From: Sphyrna mokarran | Lineage: Eukaryota | Assembly: GCA_024679065.1 (NCBI GenBank) | Contig: JAGIQG010000009.1 | Coordinates: forward strand, 81,530,001-81,594,000 | Direction of reading: 5' to 3' | DNA length: 64,000 nucleotides | In this document: positions 22,141 to 34,653 of the stretch, piece by piece | Layout of the letters: every line of letters begins with the position of its first letter | Position numbering within the stretch: position 1 is the first letter of the stretch | Notes under the pieces: model-generated | Seen by the model: the letters and a program-made list of their open reading frames with translations, nothing else | What the model was told of the DNA's origin: nothing | Database searches by the model: none | Translations under genes and position numbers: made by a program

Positions 22141-23225
22141 CCTATGCTGATTCTCAGCATAGTGCCACCACTGATTCTCTTTGTTCCTCTGTATTCACAT
22201 CTCATTCTGCCCTAGAAGAGGCGCCATCCTCCTGGTATCCACTCTGTCAATCCCCTCACAATGTGATATGTTTCAATAAGATCACCTCTCATTCTTCTAA
22301 ATTCCAGTCGGTTCAGGCCCAACTTGTCCAACTTTTCTTGAAATGATAACCTTTCATCCAGGAATGTGTCGAGTGAATCTTCTCTGAACTCCTTCTAATG
22401 CAATGAAATCCTTCTTCAAATAAGGAAATCTAAACTGTACTCAGTATTCCAGATGTGGTCTCACCAAGACTCTGTACAGCTGTGGTAAAACTTCCCTATT
22501 TTTATATTCCATTCCATTCCATTCCATGTAATGTTTATTACATTATCATGTAATAAACACCAAAATTCCATTTGTCTTCCTAATCACTTGCTGTAGCTGC
22601 AGACTAAATGGTTGTGATTCATGTCCCAGGACAGCCAGATCCCTCTGTAGCACCGAGTTGTGCAATCTCTCTCCATTTCAATAGTTTACTGCTTTTCTAT
22701 TCTTCCTGCCAACGTGGACACTTTCACATTTACCCAGAGTGTACTCCAAATGTTTAGCCACTCACTTCCCCTGTCTCTATCTGTTTGAAGACTTTCTACT
22801 TTGTCTTGATAACTTTCTTTCCCCGTCTATCTTAGTGTCAGTGGGTCATTAGTTCAATTCAATCCTTTCATCCAAGTCATTGATATGGATTGTGAATAGT
22901 TGTGGTCCCAGCACTAATTGTTTAAGAACTCCCCTAATTACAGCTTCCCAACCCCAAAATAAACATTTATCCCCTCTCTCTGGTCTCTGTTAACTAATCA
23001 ATCCTCTATCAATGCTAATATGTTACCCACACACCATCTTCTTACCCACACACCATCACATCTTGTGTAGTAATATTTAATGTGGCAATTTATTAGATAC
23101 CTTTTCGAATTCCCTGTCACAGCTACAAGTTGCCCGTTATCTATTTTGTGACCTCTGAAAAGGTGGACAATGAGATATGTAAAACAGAAAGAAACTGCTT
23201 CACATCGCTGATGATGTCCATGCTC

Positions 23226-23335
23226 CACTGGAGCCTCCAATAGGGACCAGTAAACATTGGTCTCCTTCCCACTGGAGCCTCCAATAGGGACCAGTAAACG
23301 TAGGCCTCCTTCCCACTGGAGCCTCCAGTAGGGAT
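23226..23335. repeat. 44-bp minisatellite, ~2.5 copies
   Basis: CCACTGGAGCCTCCAATAGGGACCAGTAAAC..CCTCCTTC unit; expanded in cluster 2. Confidence 0.85.
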
Positions 23336-23989
23336 CACAGAGATTTACTGCATTTCAAGAGAGCCTTCGGCCCAAGTTATCCATGTCGCCTCAGTGATCT
23401 ATCACCCCTGAGCTCACTGATCTATCACCCATGACCTCAGTGATCTATCACCCCTGACTTCATTTACCTTTTACCCCTGACCTCACTGACCTGTCACCCC
23501 TGACCTCACTGTCTTCCAATTCCCTCCATGGTCTTACTCCTCCCTACCCCTGTGTTCCTGCTCCAGATTCACATTTCTCCCTCACCTTCTATCTATTGAC
23601 TCTGCTCCCTAGCCAATCGCTGCTTCCTTCATCCCACCATTGACAGCAGCGTCTACAGATGCCCAGGTCCTGCTTTCTGTCCTCCCACCCTTAATCCCTC
23701 CCCCTCTCCAAATCTTTCTCCCCATCAAACTCCATCCTTTCACCCAAGCCTTTGATCTCTCTTCCTAAACTACCTCCAGCCCCTCCCCCATTCCGCTTAT
23801 GCTGCTCTGTGAAACATAATGGGCGATGTTGTACACTAAGGTGCTATATAAATTCAGGTTCTGTGTAGATTTTGGTTGGGGACAGAATTAGACACAGTGG
23901 TGAAGGATCTTGCAGTCAAATATCCTGCTGACAGGATCCAGACTTCAACACACAGAATGGGACATTGTGTAAAGTAGGAATTATTAAAA

Positions 23990-24910
23990 ATGTATTCATT
24001 GACGGGATGTGGGTGTCACTGGCTATCCCAACATTTATTGCCCATCCCTAATTGTCCTTGCGAAGATGATGATGAACTGCCTTCTTGAACTGCTGCAGTC
24101 CATAAGGTGTAGATACACCCACAGTGCTGTTAGGGAGGGATTTCCAGGATTCTGACCCAGCGACAGTGCATGAACAGAGATGTATTTCCATTTCAGAATG
24201 GCATGTGGCTTGGAGGGGAATCTCCTGGTGATGTTGATCCCAGGGATCTGCTACACTTGTCTTTCCAGATGATAGTGGTCATGGGTTTCGAAGGTGCTAC
24301 CTCAGGAACCTTGGTGAGTTCATGCAGGGCATCTTATAGATGGCACACACTGCTGCCACTGTTCGACAGCGGTGGAGGGATTTAATGTTTGTGAATGGGG
24401 TGACAATCGAGTGGGCTGATTTGTTCTGGATGATGTTGAGCTTCTTGAGTGTTGCTGGAGCTCTACTCATCCAGACAAGTGGTGAGTATTCCATCACACT
24501 CCAGACTTGTGCCTTGTAGATGGTGGAGAGGCTTTGGAGAGTCAGGATGTGAGTTACTCACTACAGGATTCCTATCCACTGACTTTCTCTTGTAGCCACA
24601 GTATTTATAGGCTGGTCCACTTCAGTTTCTGGTCAATCATAACCAACAGGATTTTACAGTGGGGGATTCAGCGATGGTAATGACATTGAATGTCAAGGGG
24701 AGATGTTAAAATTCTCTCTTGTTGGAGATGGTGATTCCGTGGTACTGATGTGGCATGAATGTTACTGCTTCAATATCTGAGGAGTTGTGAATGGTGCTGA
24801 GCATTGTGCAATCATCAGTGAACATCCCACTTCTGAAGGTCATTACTGAAGCAGCTGAAGATGGTTGTGTCTCAGACACGACCCTGAGGAATTCCTGCAG
24901 TGATGTCCCA
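23990..24910 (-). mobile_element. Old decayed CR1/L2-clade LINE 3' portion
   Basis: MEYSPLVWMS..TLKKLNIIQNK motif; typical 3' end CATTTATTGCCCATCCCTAATT; paralogue at 49770-50690. Confidence 0.75.
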
Positions 24911-27900
24911 GGATAACTCCCTCCTGACTGTATCCCACTGTGCCTTCTGTGCTGGGAGATTGGAGGTAGTGAACACGGTTCACCATTTTCTCCTGTCTCA
25001 GTAACAAACATCCAGCTGCTCTGAGCTCCTTCTTTCACTTCCTCTGTTGGTTACGTTTCAATCTTCCGATCTGACAGTCTTTGCAGTTATTTTTGACACT
25101 GGGGATTTGTGCTGTGGTCTGAATCTCTAACAATAACTGTCCAATCAGTGAAAAGAACAACAGCTCAGAGCAGTCAGGACTGAGGAGCCAGGCTCACTGG
25201 GAAACACATTGGGAAGATCAAAGACATGGTCTTCAGCTCCCGATACAAACTCCATCCCTCCCCCCTGAGCACTGTCTGCTGCATCGGCACCCCCACATCC
25301 CCCATTTGCGATTGTTTCCCCAACCTACTTCCCCACTGCCCTGATCACAGGCCCCGACTTCCCCATCCCCACCTCCCCTTCCCCCATAGACTGACCTCAT
25401 GATGGCTTCCCCACCTCCTCCAATTGCCGTCCCTGACACCCCACTCGCTAATCACCAGCCTCCTCCCAATGGCTTCCTCAACTGGAAGGTTCCTGCTGAA
25501 CTCAGCAACAACTCTGGTCTCCCCCACCACCGCCCCACCTTCTCCACACACCAGCTTCTAACCAAACATCAGCGATGGAATTGTAGAGACATGCAGGAAG
25601 AAACTTTAGTAAAAGTCAAACCAGCTTTACCGTCATCGTCACTGCTGATGCACTTTGACCCGAGCAAACCATTCGGAATTATTTGTGACACCTTGCCATT
25701 CTTTGCAGGGGGAATGAACACACAGTAGACGGACAGTTGGGAGTGAAGTTCAGTCAGATATAGAAGGAAAAGTCGGTCAATCCAGCAGGCAGGGAAGACT
25801 TGGGCCTGATAAGGCATGTGGGAGGATTGGAACGCTAAACAGCATCTGTTTTAATACAAGGAGCCTGTCTGATCAGGCAGATGAACTTAGAGAGTTGGTC
25901 AGCACGGGGAAATATGAGATTGTTGTAATCATTAAGACATGGTTGAAAGAAGGACAGGGACTGGAATCTCGACATTCCAGGGTACAGAAGTTCCAGGTGG
26001 GATGGGGATGAGGGGGTGTGTAAGATCGAAAGGGATATTGTTTTATTGATTAAAGAGACCAAGCCTGCAGTAATGAGGGAGAGATATTGGAACGCTCTTC
26101 AAATGAGGTCATATGGGTGGAGCTGAGAAATAGAATTGTACTGGGATTATAGCACAGCCCTCCCAACATTCAGAGGGAAATAGAGCAGCAGATATGTAGC
26201 AAATCACAGAGAGAGACATGAGAGGAATAAGGCTATAGTAATAAAGGATTCCAACTTCACCAATATTAATAGAATCACCTGAGTGTGAAATGTTTAGACA
26301 GGGTGGAATTTTGGAAGTGATTCCAGGAGAGCTTTTTCTGTCAGTAGATAGATAATCCAACTCAGGATGGCCCGTGCTCGACCTAATCGTTAGGAATGAA
26401 TCTGGGCAAGCTGTTGAAGTGTCAGTGGGGTGTGCATTTTGGGGATGGGGTAGATGGACAGAGCAATGAAACATGGAATTTAATCCTGATAAGTGTGAGG
26501 TGCTGCATTTTGGAAGATTTTGTAAAGGTAGGATATACACAATGAACGGTGGGTCCCGAGGGAGAATTGAAGATCAAAGGGACTTTGGTTTACAAATCCA
26601 TGGATCCCTGAAGGTTGCATTACAGAGAGAGAATGCGATGAAGAAGGCTTCATTAGCTTGACTTCATTAGCCAGAGTTCGAATACGGGAGCAGGTAAATG
26701 GGATTGGTATAGATTGGTATTGGATGGTCAGCATAGACATGGTGGGCCGAAGGGCCTGATTCTGTGCTGTGTAACTCGATGACACTATATGGACTCGGAG
26801 CAATTCTATCCCATAGACTGAAGGATGGAATGGAGAGGCTAAATTCATTTGTTTTGAGGACTTTGTCAGACGTTGAGAAAATCTCCTCACAAATTCACAT
26901 AGAAAGCCCGGCAGCTATCCACACAGTGAAAAATTTCACCAATATGTCTGTGGGCAGCATTTCACCATCGTGTCAGACCATAAGCCATTGTTAGAGCTTT
27001 TTCAGGACATTAAGCCAGTGCCACCTATTGCCTCTGCCAGGGTGCAGAGATGGGCACTGCTGCTGGCCAGCATAGGCCGGGAACACAGATCTCAAATGCA
27101 GATGCATTGAGCCGCCTGCCACTACCACAGACCATACCGTCACCGCCTGTTCCACAGGAGATAGTATTGGCTCTGCATTATTTGGACACCCCGCCTGTCT
27201 CAGCAGCCCACATTGAGATGTGGACAGATAGGGAGCTGGTGTTAGCAAAGGGCAGGAAAATGGTACTGACCGGGAGGCACTTCGACAAGGCAGAGCAAAT
27301 GAAGCTGTAATTACATTGCAGGGACCAGTTACCCTGTAAAGAGGGGGTGCTATTGTAGGGTGTCAGTTTCATGGTATTACCCCTTGTGCAATGGCCACTG
27401 CTCCAAAAGTTACATGAGACCCAAATTGGCCAGAGGAGAACTAAAGTGTTGGTCAGTAGTTATGTCTGGTGGCCTGGCATTGACAAGACATTGAACAAAT
27501 GGTTGAGCAGTGTGAGAGTTGTCCCACTCAGCAAGTGTTACCTCCATCAGTGAACATGCTCCCTTGGTCACGGCTTCGTGTAGGTTTTGGACAGATGTTC
27601 CTGGTGTTAGTCGATGCCCATTCCGAGTGACTGGACGATCAGATCATGAGACCCATCACATCCTCCATTTACCATCGATAAACTGAGGGAGATCTTTGTG
27701 ATCCATGGTCTTCCTGAAGTGTTGCTATCAGACAACGGAGCAGCATTCACGCTGATGAATCTCAGACTTTGATCAAGTCTAATGACATTTGTCATGTCAG
27801 ACCAGCCCCCGACCATCCTGCCTCGAATGGGTTGGTGGAGCGAGCCATGCAATGTTCAAGGCTCCACGTGAAGCAGGTTCATGGGCCGCTGCCATTGCGA

Positions 27901-27961
27901 TTGGCCAGTTATTTGCTGTCCTACAACACTACACCTCACACCATCACTGGGGTCATGCCGG

Positions 27962-28119
27962 GGTAAGAAATCAGTAAGAATTTAGCAACACCAATTTTAA
28001 ATCCAACCGATTTATTTGATAGTAAAATTGCGAGCTTTCAACACTCTGTGCCTTCGTCAGGCAAATGCAGTGTTCTGGTCTGCAATAGCACACATCAGCA
28101 CAGCCAGTCAGAGATTCAC
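27962..28119 (-). mobile_element. Penelope-like terminal fragment nested in the Gypsy integrase
   Basis: Strong identity to the arm at 1149-1240; splits TGVMP/ELLMGR; CCGG at both ends. Confidence 0.75.
28028..28064 (-). ncRNA. Minimal type I hammerhead ribozyme motif
   Basis: UUGC CUGACGA A GGCAC AGA GUGUU GAAA GCUC GCAA: stem I, core, stem II, palindromic AGCU helix III and CUC cleavage triplet. Confidence 0.65.
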
Positions 28120-28679
28120 CCGGAGAGTTGTTAATGGGTCGGTGCCTGTGTATCTGTTTAGATTTAGTGTTCCCAAGTTTGTTGGGGAGGATGGAGGCTC
28201 AGCGAGCCTCTCAGAAAGGGTATCGTGACTCTCAGAAAGGGGACAGATTGTTTAATGATGGCGATCTCATGTTGAGAGGGAATTTGGATGGTGGACCCAG
28301 TTGTGGAGAAGACAGGACCAGTCTCATATTTGGGGGAGACACAGGGCTGTGGAGTTAAGGAACATATTGGTTACCTACGCAAGAGACTAGAGCAAGCTCC
28401 AGGAGATGAGCAATTGGGCCCCGTAACCAGTTTGTGTGTACCAGCCTCTGAACAAGACAATTCCATGTCCATCGTGTGGCCAAGGCAGTGTCTGTCTTGG
28501 GTGGGTGAGTCAGAGCTGTCCAAGGCCTAGCTCCAGAGATGGTTAGCACATCCATCCCATCAGTGGATCCTGTATCGATGGCTGCTGAAGTGCCCCTGAT
28601 AGAGTTGCAGCATTCTGCAAGGTTCCAGAAATCTCTGGACCAGCTGACATGATGAACTGTCTTTCCCTGGTGTCCCTCC

Positions 28680-29029
28680 TGTAATATTGTTGTTTCTCTG
28701 CCTGTGTGTTAACTGTTGTACTTTTTGTTTGATCACAGGGAGTCCAAGATGTTCCAGGGGAAGGAGTGTGTGAGCCTGGCCCCTTTAAGGGGCAATCCTT
28801 CACAGGCCACATGACCAGACCGGATCCAATGGACTGTGAGGATGTGAACCTGGGCCAATCGGGAGTGAGGGTGATCATTCCTGGGACTGGAGGCTTCAGT
28901 TGGAGTCAGGATGTTGTTGGTAATAGAGCTGTTTGTTTGTGTTGTTAAACCCTTCATTGGAAATACTTCTTCTCATCAATAAAGCCTTTAGTTAGTTATT
29001 TCCAAATCCAGTCTCCTCCACTTATTACA
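28680..29029 (+). mobile_element. Probable LTR
   Basis: TGTAAT...ATTACA inverted termini, internal TTTAAG and AATAAA (28978); lies downstream of the Gypsy integrase; no clear PPT or TSD. Confidence 0.45.
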
Positions 29030-29664
29030 ATCAGCATCTCTCCCACTTTGGATAGCAACAGTCTCTGATGACATCAAATACACACACTAACTATTCAACT
29101 CCAACAGTTTCACCAGCTGCTGTCACCCTCCCTACTTCCCTCCATTTATTCTGCATTCTCACCATCTCCCCTCGATTTCTCACTGAATCCTCCACTTTCC
29201 TGGTCTTTCCTCTGTCCAGGTTCACCTGCCCCCTTCCCCTTGGGATTGTTCCATTGCTTTGTTCCAGAAACTTTCTGGTTGTGGTCAGGCTTCTCTCCAC
29301 TGCAACCCGAGACATTCGGTCTGGGCTCGTGTCGATGTTTAACATTCTGTCCCACCTTGGACTGAATACATAACCAGTGAGGGTCCGACCCACACGATGA
29401 GAGTTTGTCACCGTAAAGGAGTCAGGGATCCCGAATGCTGCCATATAACCTGTGTGGGATAATTATTCACTGGATTTAGTTCAGAGTTACAGAATATTGG
29501 ATGTTGTTTTGGAACAAAGGGAAATCTCAATGTTCAGGAAACAGAGGTGATTGAGGAGAAAGAGGGAGCTTCATGTGACAGTGTGTGTGTCTAGCCCTCA
29601 GTTCATGCATTTAGTTAAATGCATTGTTGTGTATTATAGAGTTTGTGTGTTTTGTTTTCTTTCT

Positions 29665-30540
29665 ACATGTTGTTGATAGTCTGGAGGGATGTCTGAAGTT
29701 GCAGCGAGACATAGATAGGATGCAAGACTGGGCGGAGAAGTGCCAGATGGACTTCAACGCAGATAAACGTGTGGTGCTCCATTTTGGCAGGACCAATGGA
29801 ATGAAGCAGTATAATATCAATGGTAGGAGTCTTGGCAGTGTTGAGGAGCAGAAGGATCTTGGGGTCCAGGTCCATAGGTCTGTTAAATCTGCCCCTCAAG
29901 TGGAGGATGTGGTCAAGAAGGTGTACTGGCCTTCATTAATAGAGGAATTGAGTTTAGGAGTCAGGAGGTAATGCTGCAACTTTATAAGACCCTTGTTGGA
30001 CCCCACTTGGAGTATTGTGTGCAGTTCTGGTCACCTCATGATAGGAAGGATGTGGAAGTTATTGAGAGGGTGCAGAGGAGATTCACAAGGATGTTGCCTG
30101 GATTGGGGGGCATGCTTTATGAAGATAGATTGAGAGACCGAGGTCTCTTCTCCCTGGAGAGACGAAGGTTGAGAGGAGACCTGATAGAGGTTTATAAGAT
30201 GTTGAAAGGAATTGATCGAGTGGATTCTCGGAGGCTATTTCCCAGGGATGAAATGGTCACTATGAGAGGACACAGGTTTAAGGTGCGAAGGGTAAGTACA
30301 GAGGAGATGTTAGAGGTAAGTTCTTCACTCAGAGGGTGGTGAGTGAATGGAATCGGTTGCCATTAGTGGTGGTAGAGGCGAACTCGCTGGGGACTTTTAA
30401 GAGACTTCTGGATGAGTATATGGGATTTAATGGGTTGGGAGTTACAGATAGTTCTATGGCCTGGTAAGTATAGATATGATCGGCACAACTTATGGGCCGA
30501 AGGGCCTGTTTGTGCTGTAGTGTTCTATGTTCCATGTTCT
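29665..30540 (+). mobile_element. 5'-truncated CR1 LINE
   Basis: [38 protein letters not shown]; TGTTCTA tail. Confidence 0.92.
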
Positions 30541-31254
30541 CGGAATTAATATTCTGTATTAATTGTTCACACAAAGACTGGACTATTTCTCCCTGGTTCA
30601 CACACTTTTCTCACAGGATACTAAAGTGAAAATCTACAGCACTAAGAACCAGTGTTCCATGTTCCCATTCTGAGCTTTGAGATGCTCTCACATTTAACAT
30701 CTGTGTGGGTCTTAACACCTCAAACAACATTCTATTCTTTCAAAAGTAACTCTGGAGATTGTTGCTAGTGATTATAAAATGATTCTAGATCCAAATAATT
30801 TTATTCTTGAGCTGCCTTCTTTAACCCTGCTACAAATTGCATCCATTAAACTTTTGGATTTATATTTTGGGAAGAGACAAACACATTTTAAACTCTTCTT
30901 TCAGCACAGAAGCTTTCAGCATTTCGATTTGTGTGAATTGTTGTCAAATCTTTGAAAATAAACATTTCCTGTTGAGAACATTATCAGGACCCAAACCTGA
31001 ACCTTTAAACTTTGTAAGAATTATAATTTCCACGATCAAAATTGAAACTCCCTCTTCCTGATGTCTGTGGCTTTGTATCCAGATTGAACGTCCCACGTGT
31101 TTATTAACACATATTCTTTATCTTCGATAACATCTTTGTATCTCAAAGGTCACTTGCTGAAAGGTCAGATTCTTATTGAACAGTGTGTCCATATCAGATC
31201 TCCTGTCCCCAAGTAGAAAATAACAGTGGTCCTGAAGGGGTTAAATCATTTTTC

Positions 31255-31580
31255 ACAGAATCCCTATCGTGCAGAAGGAATCCATTTGGCCCATCAAATC
31301 TACACCATCAACAATCCCATCCCATGTCCTATCCCTACGACCCCACACATTTACCTCACTAATCTCTCTAACCTCCACATCCTGGGACACTAAGGGGCAA
31401 TTTAGCATGGCCAATCAACCTAACCCACATATCTTTGACTGTGGAAGGAATCCGGAGCACCCAAAGAAAATCCACGCAGACACAGGCAGAATGTGCAAAT
31501 TCCACATTGATCCAAACCGGGAATCAAGGCCAGGTCCTTGGAGGTGTTCGACAGAAGTGTTAACCACTGTGCCACTTGGT
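31255..31580 (-). mobile_element. tRNA-derived SINE (HE1-like)
   Basis: Same core as 3495-3690, plus an ACAGAATCCCTA 3' end. Confidence 0.8.
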
Positions 31581-31963
31581 TCTAAACCATGACTATGGTG
31601 TGGGAATAAAAATCTTCTAAATGTTGCTGGCAATGTTGTTCCATTTGTGATTCTCTGGAAATAAAAACACAAGGTCCATTCTGCTTGAGGGGGGAATGGA
31701 TTCAGCAATCTGAAAGTTTAAGCTGTTGTTGCAAAGAGTTCACTCTGGGCCCGATCTTACCAATCGGAGCCTAAGGGCCAGACCCAGGAATAATACTGAT
31801 CTGAGCCCGGAATTGTCACTGCAGCGAGCCCGTATGCTTCTTATATATATTTTGAAATAATGTAGCATCTTCTTTGTGCTGCCTAATTATCTATGGGAAA
31901 GGTAATTAAAGTACAGTGTCCTCGTGAGCAATTAGTGAGCTGTTTGTCCCTGTAACCATGAGC

Positions 31964-32415
31964 CAGGTGCTCAAATGTTCAGTCATGTGGGGAACTTGGA
32001 AGAATTGTCCCCGTGGAGGAACTTGGTTGGAAATAAGATTCAAGGAGATTGTTAAATCTGGGAAATCAACCACAGTGAAAAGAAGTTTGTATTGGCAACT
32101 CTTCTCTCACATTCCATGGCAGATGAGTCCCTCCTTATGAATGTGACTTGCACGGACAACGTTGGGTGCAGCTAATCTGCCTCTGGAGCAGCCTTGGATC
32201 CTTTCGTTCTTCTTTTCATCTGAACATTGCACAGAATTAGAGGAATTCCCTTTGGAAAATAATTTCAAAATTATAATGGCAGGAACTACAAACCAGACAG
32301 TCAAAAATTTGGGAAACTATTTCAAAATATGGATGGGGGGGATATATATTTTGAAATATTTTCCCAAAGACTGTCAGATTGGAAGATTGAAATGTAACCA
32401 ACAGAGGAAGTGAAA
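31964..32415. promoter_or_regulatory. Candidate 3' enhancer of cluster 2
   Basis: Paralogue of 4073-4523 with the motifs retained; GAGGAAGTGAAA at 32404-32415. Confidence 0.45.
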
Positions 32416-33404
32416 GAAGCAGCCGAATATTTGTTACTGAGACGGGAACAATTATCTGAACAACATTCAACTTTCAGACTCAAAAGAAATAAAAACACTA
32501 GCAGTGGAGGGGGTGGGAGGAATCTTGGAGACTGACACCGACAGGAACAATCTAAACAGCTGAAACTCCCATTTCCTCAGTCCCTGCCCGTCACTGCTCA
32601 GGAACTCCCCGAGGGGAACCCTCTCACTCTGTCACTCTCTCTCTCTCTGCTTCTGTCTTTCTCTCCTCTCTCTCACTCTCCCTCCTGGATGAAAGTTTTA
32701 ATAATTTGCAGCAACTTAATTCATTTTCATCTTTCTAATTATTTGAAAAATTCACTGAGTGACATTTTGAGTCCCCAATCTAAATTTTTACCTCTCACTC
32801 ACTATACCTGACACCACGAAGCGGTCAATACTGTTTTACTGTACCAGTTCGAGCAGCTGGAATTTTGTTACTGAGACGAGAGAAAATGGTGAACCGTGTT
32901 CACTACCTCCAATCTCCCAGCACAGAAGGCACAGTGGAATACAGTCAGGAGGGAGTTATCCTGGGAATCCTCAACAACATTCCAGACTCAATATAGTCTC
33001 TCGGTACCAAGTCAAACACACACAAGGAAACCTCCTCTGGTTACCACATACCGTCCCCCCCTCAGTTGATGAATCAGTTCTCCTCCATGTTGAACACCAC
33101 TTGGAGGAAGCACTGAGGGTGGGAAGGACACAGAATGTACTCTGGGTGGGGAATTCAATGTCCATCATCAAGAGTTACTTGTCGAAACTATGGGAGTAGT
33201 GAGACCGTGTGAGAGGGGAAGGTCAAGGGGGAGATGGTGAATATGAAGTGGAGAATTGTAATTGTGATGGTTAAATCCCAGCAACTTTCAGTTTCTTTTC
33301 TGTTTGCAATCTTGTCACTCAAGAGATTCCAGATCAAACTGATCATTTTTAAATGATTGATGATTGGATTTGAATCCAATATTCTGCTGATGTGTCGTTG
33401 ATGA

Positions 33405-33723
33405 TGATGTGGAGGTGTCGGCGTTGGACTCGGATAAACACAGTAAGAAGTCTCACACCACCCGGTTAAAGTCCAACAGGTTTATTTAGTAGCACAAACC
33501 ACTCACTTTCGGAGTGTTGACTCTTCATCAGGTGAATGGGAATTCTGTTCACAAAGAGGGCATTTAAAGACATAATTGTAAATTATGTTTATATCTTTAT
33601 ATGCCCTGTTTGTGAACAGAATTCCCTCTCACCTGATGAAGGGTCAGCGCTCCGAAAGTGAGTGGTTTGTGCTACTAAATAAACCTGTTGGACTTTAACC
33701 TGGTGTCAGACTGCTTACTGTGT
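33405..33723. mobile_element. Penelope-like terminal inverted repeat (cluster 2 copy)
   Basis: Paralogue of 5522-5840. Confidence 0.75.
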
Positions 33724-33941
33724 CATTGATTGACAGTCCAAGCAACCCATCAGGACAATCACTTGGCGAAATGCAGCCAATCAGCTGATGGGGAGGTGGG
33801 ACATTTCCAAAGCACTCACCAGACATATACTGAATATTCTTAATGTTTATTACCTTTTACACATTGAAATTGACAGAAAAAAGACTTGAAATAAACAGCC
33901 CAGCCAGAGGAAGCTGGAGAAATTCACAGGGAGAATGGAGG

Positions 33942-33947
33942 TTTATT
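33942..33947 (-). terminator. Polyadenylation signal of cluster 2 C exon
   Basis: AATAAA on the minus strand at the same offset as in cluster 1. Confidence 0.7.
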
Positions 33948-34324
33948 AAAACACTTGTGGAGATTTTCTCAATAACATGAGAATCCTCTCCCTTTAAACA
34001 GTGAATAAAGCTTCAATTGTAACTGCAGGGTGAGCAGGAAGGAGCTCTGGTTTACTGAAGCAGATACTTCAGAGGATCACATTATTTCTGAACAGCTGAC
34101 AGTCTCCAGCACTCCCAATAAAGGAACAGCACGGGGTTAATAGAGTAAAGCTCCCTCTACAATATCCCAACAATGTTCTTTAATCCCTGACCCTCCGAAG
34201 TGTCTCAGACCCAGTCCCAGGAAGGAAGAGAATTGTAATTCATTGCTGACAATGATCTTTACCCTTCCAGCTCACCCCTGTTCTATTCCAAGTTGTGTCT
34301 CCTCTGTGGACTGTCTCTAACACT

Positions 34325-34653
34325 CTAGGCACATTCTGAACTCCTGACACTCTTGCTGAGGGGAGAGGAGAGGCTCACGTGGGTGAGGGCACAGGAGAAG
34401 CGAGCGTTAGACTCCCAGTCGGAGCCAGAGAGGGTCAGCAGGCTGCTGACGCTGTAGGTGTTGTCCGAAGCTCGCAGGTAGTTGCTGGTCTGAATCCCGT
34501 TAGAAATGGCTGCACCGTCCTTCTTCCACTTCACCTCCACCTCATCGGGATAGAAGTGATCGGCAAGGCACACCAGGGTGGCAGTGCCCTTGGTCTTGAC
34601 CTCCTCCGGGGAGGGGGGCAGCAGGGTCAGCATAGGTTGTGAATTCTCACGGG
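34325..34653 (-). CDS. IGKC: Ig kappa constant exon, cluster 2
   Basis: (T)RENSQPMLTLLPPSPEEVKTKG..SSECA*; intact; two amino acid differences from C1 (T>M, A>V). Confidence 0.97.

Larger units (their letters stand above)
25555..28420 (+). mobile_element. Decayed Ty3/Gypsy LTR retrotransposon pol (RNase H and integrase), interrupted by a CR1 fragment (~25700-26790) and a Penelope fragment
   Basis: HFDPSKPFGIICD, YGLGAILSHRLKDGMER..RTLSDVEK, NADALSRLP, YVWWPGID, SDNG, HPASNGLVERA. Confidence 0.85.
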
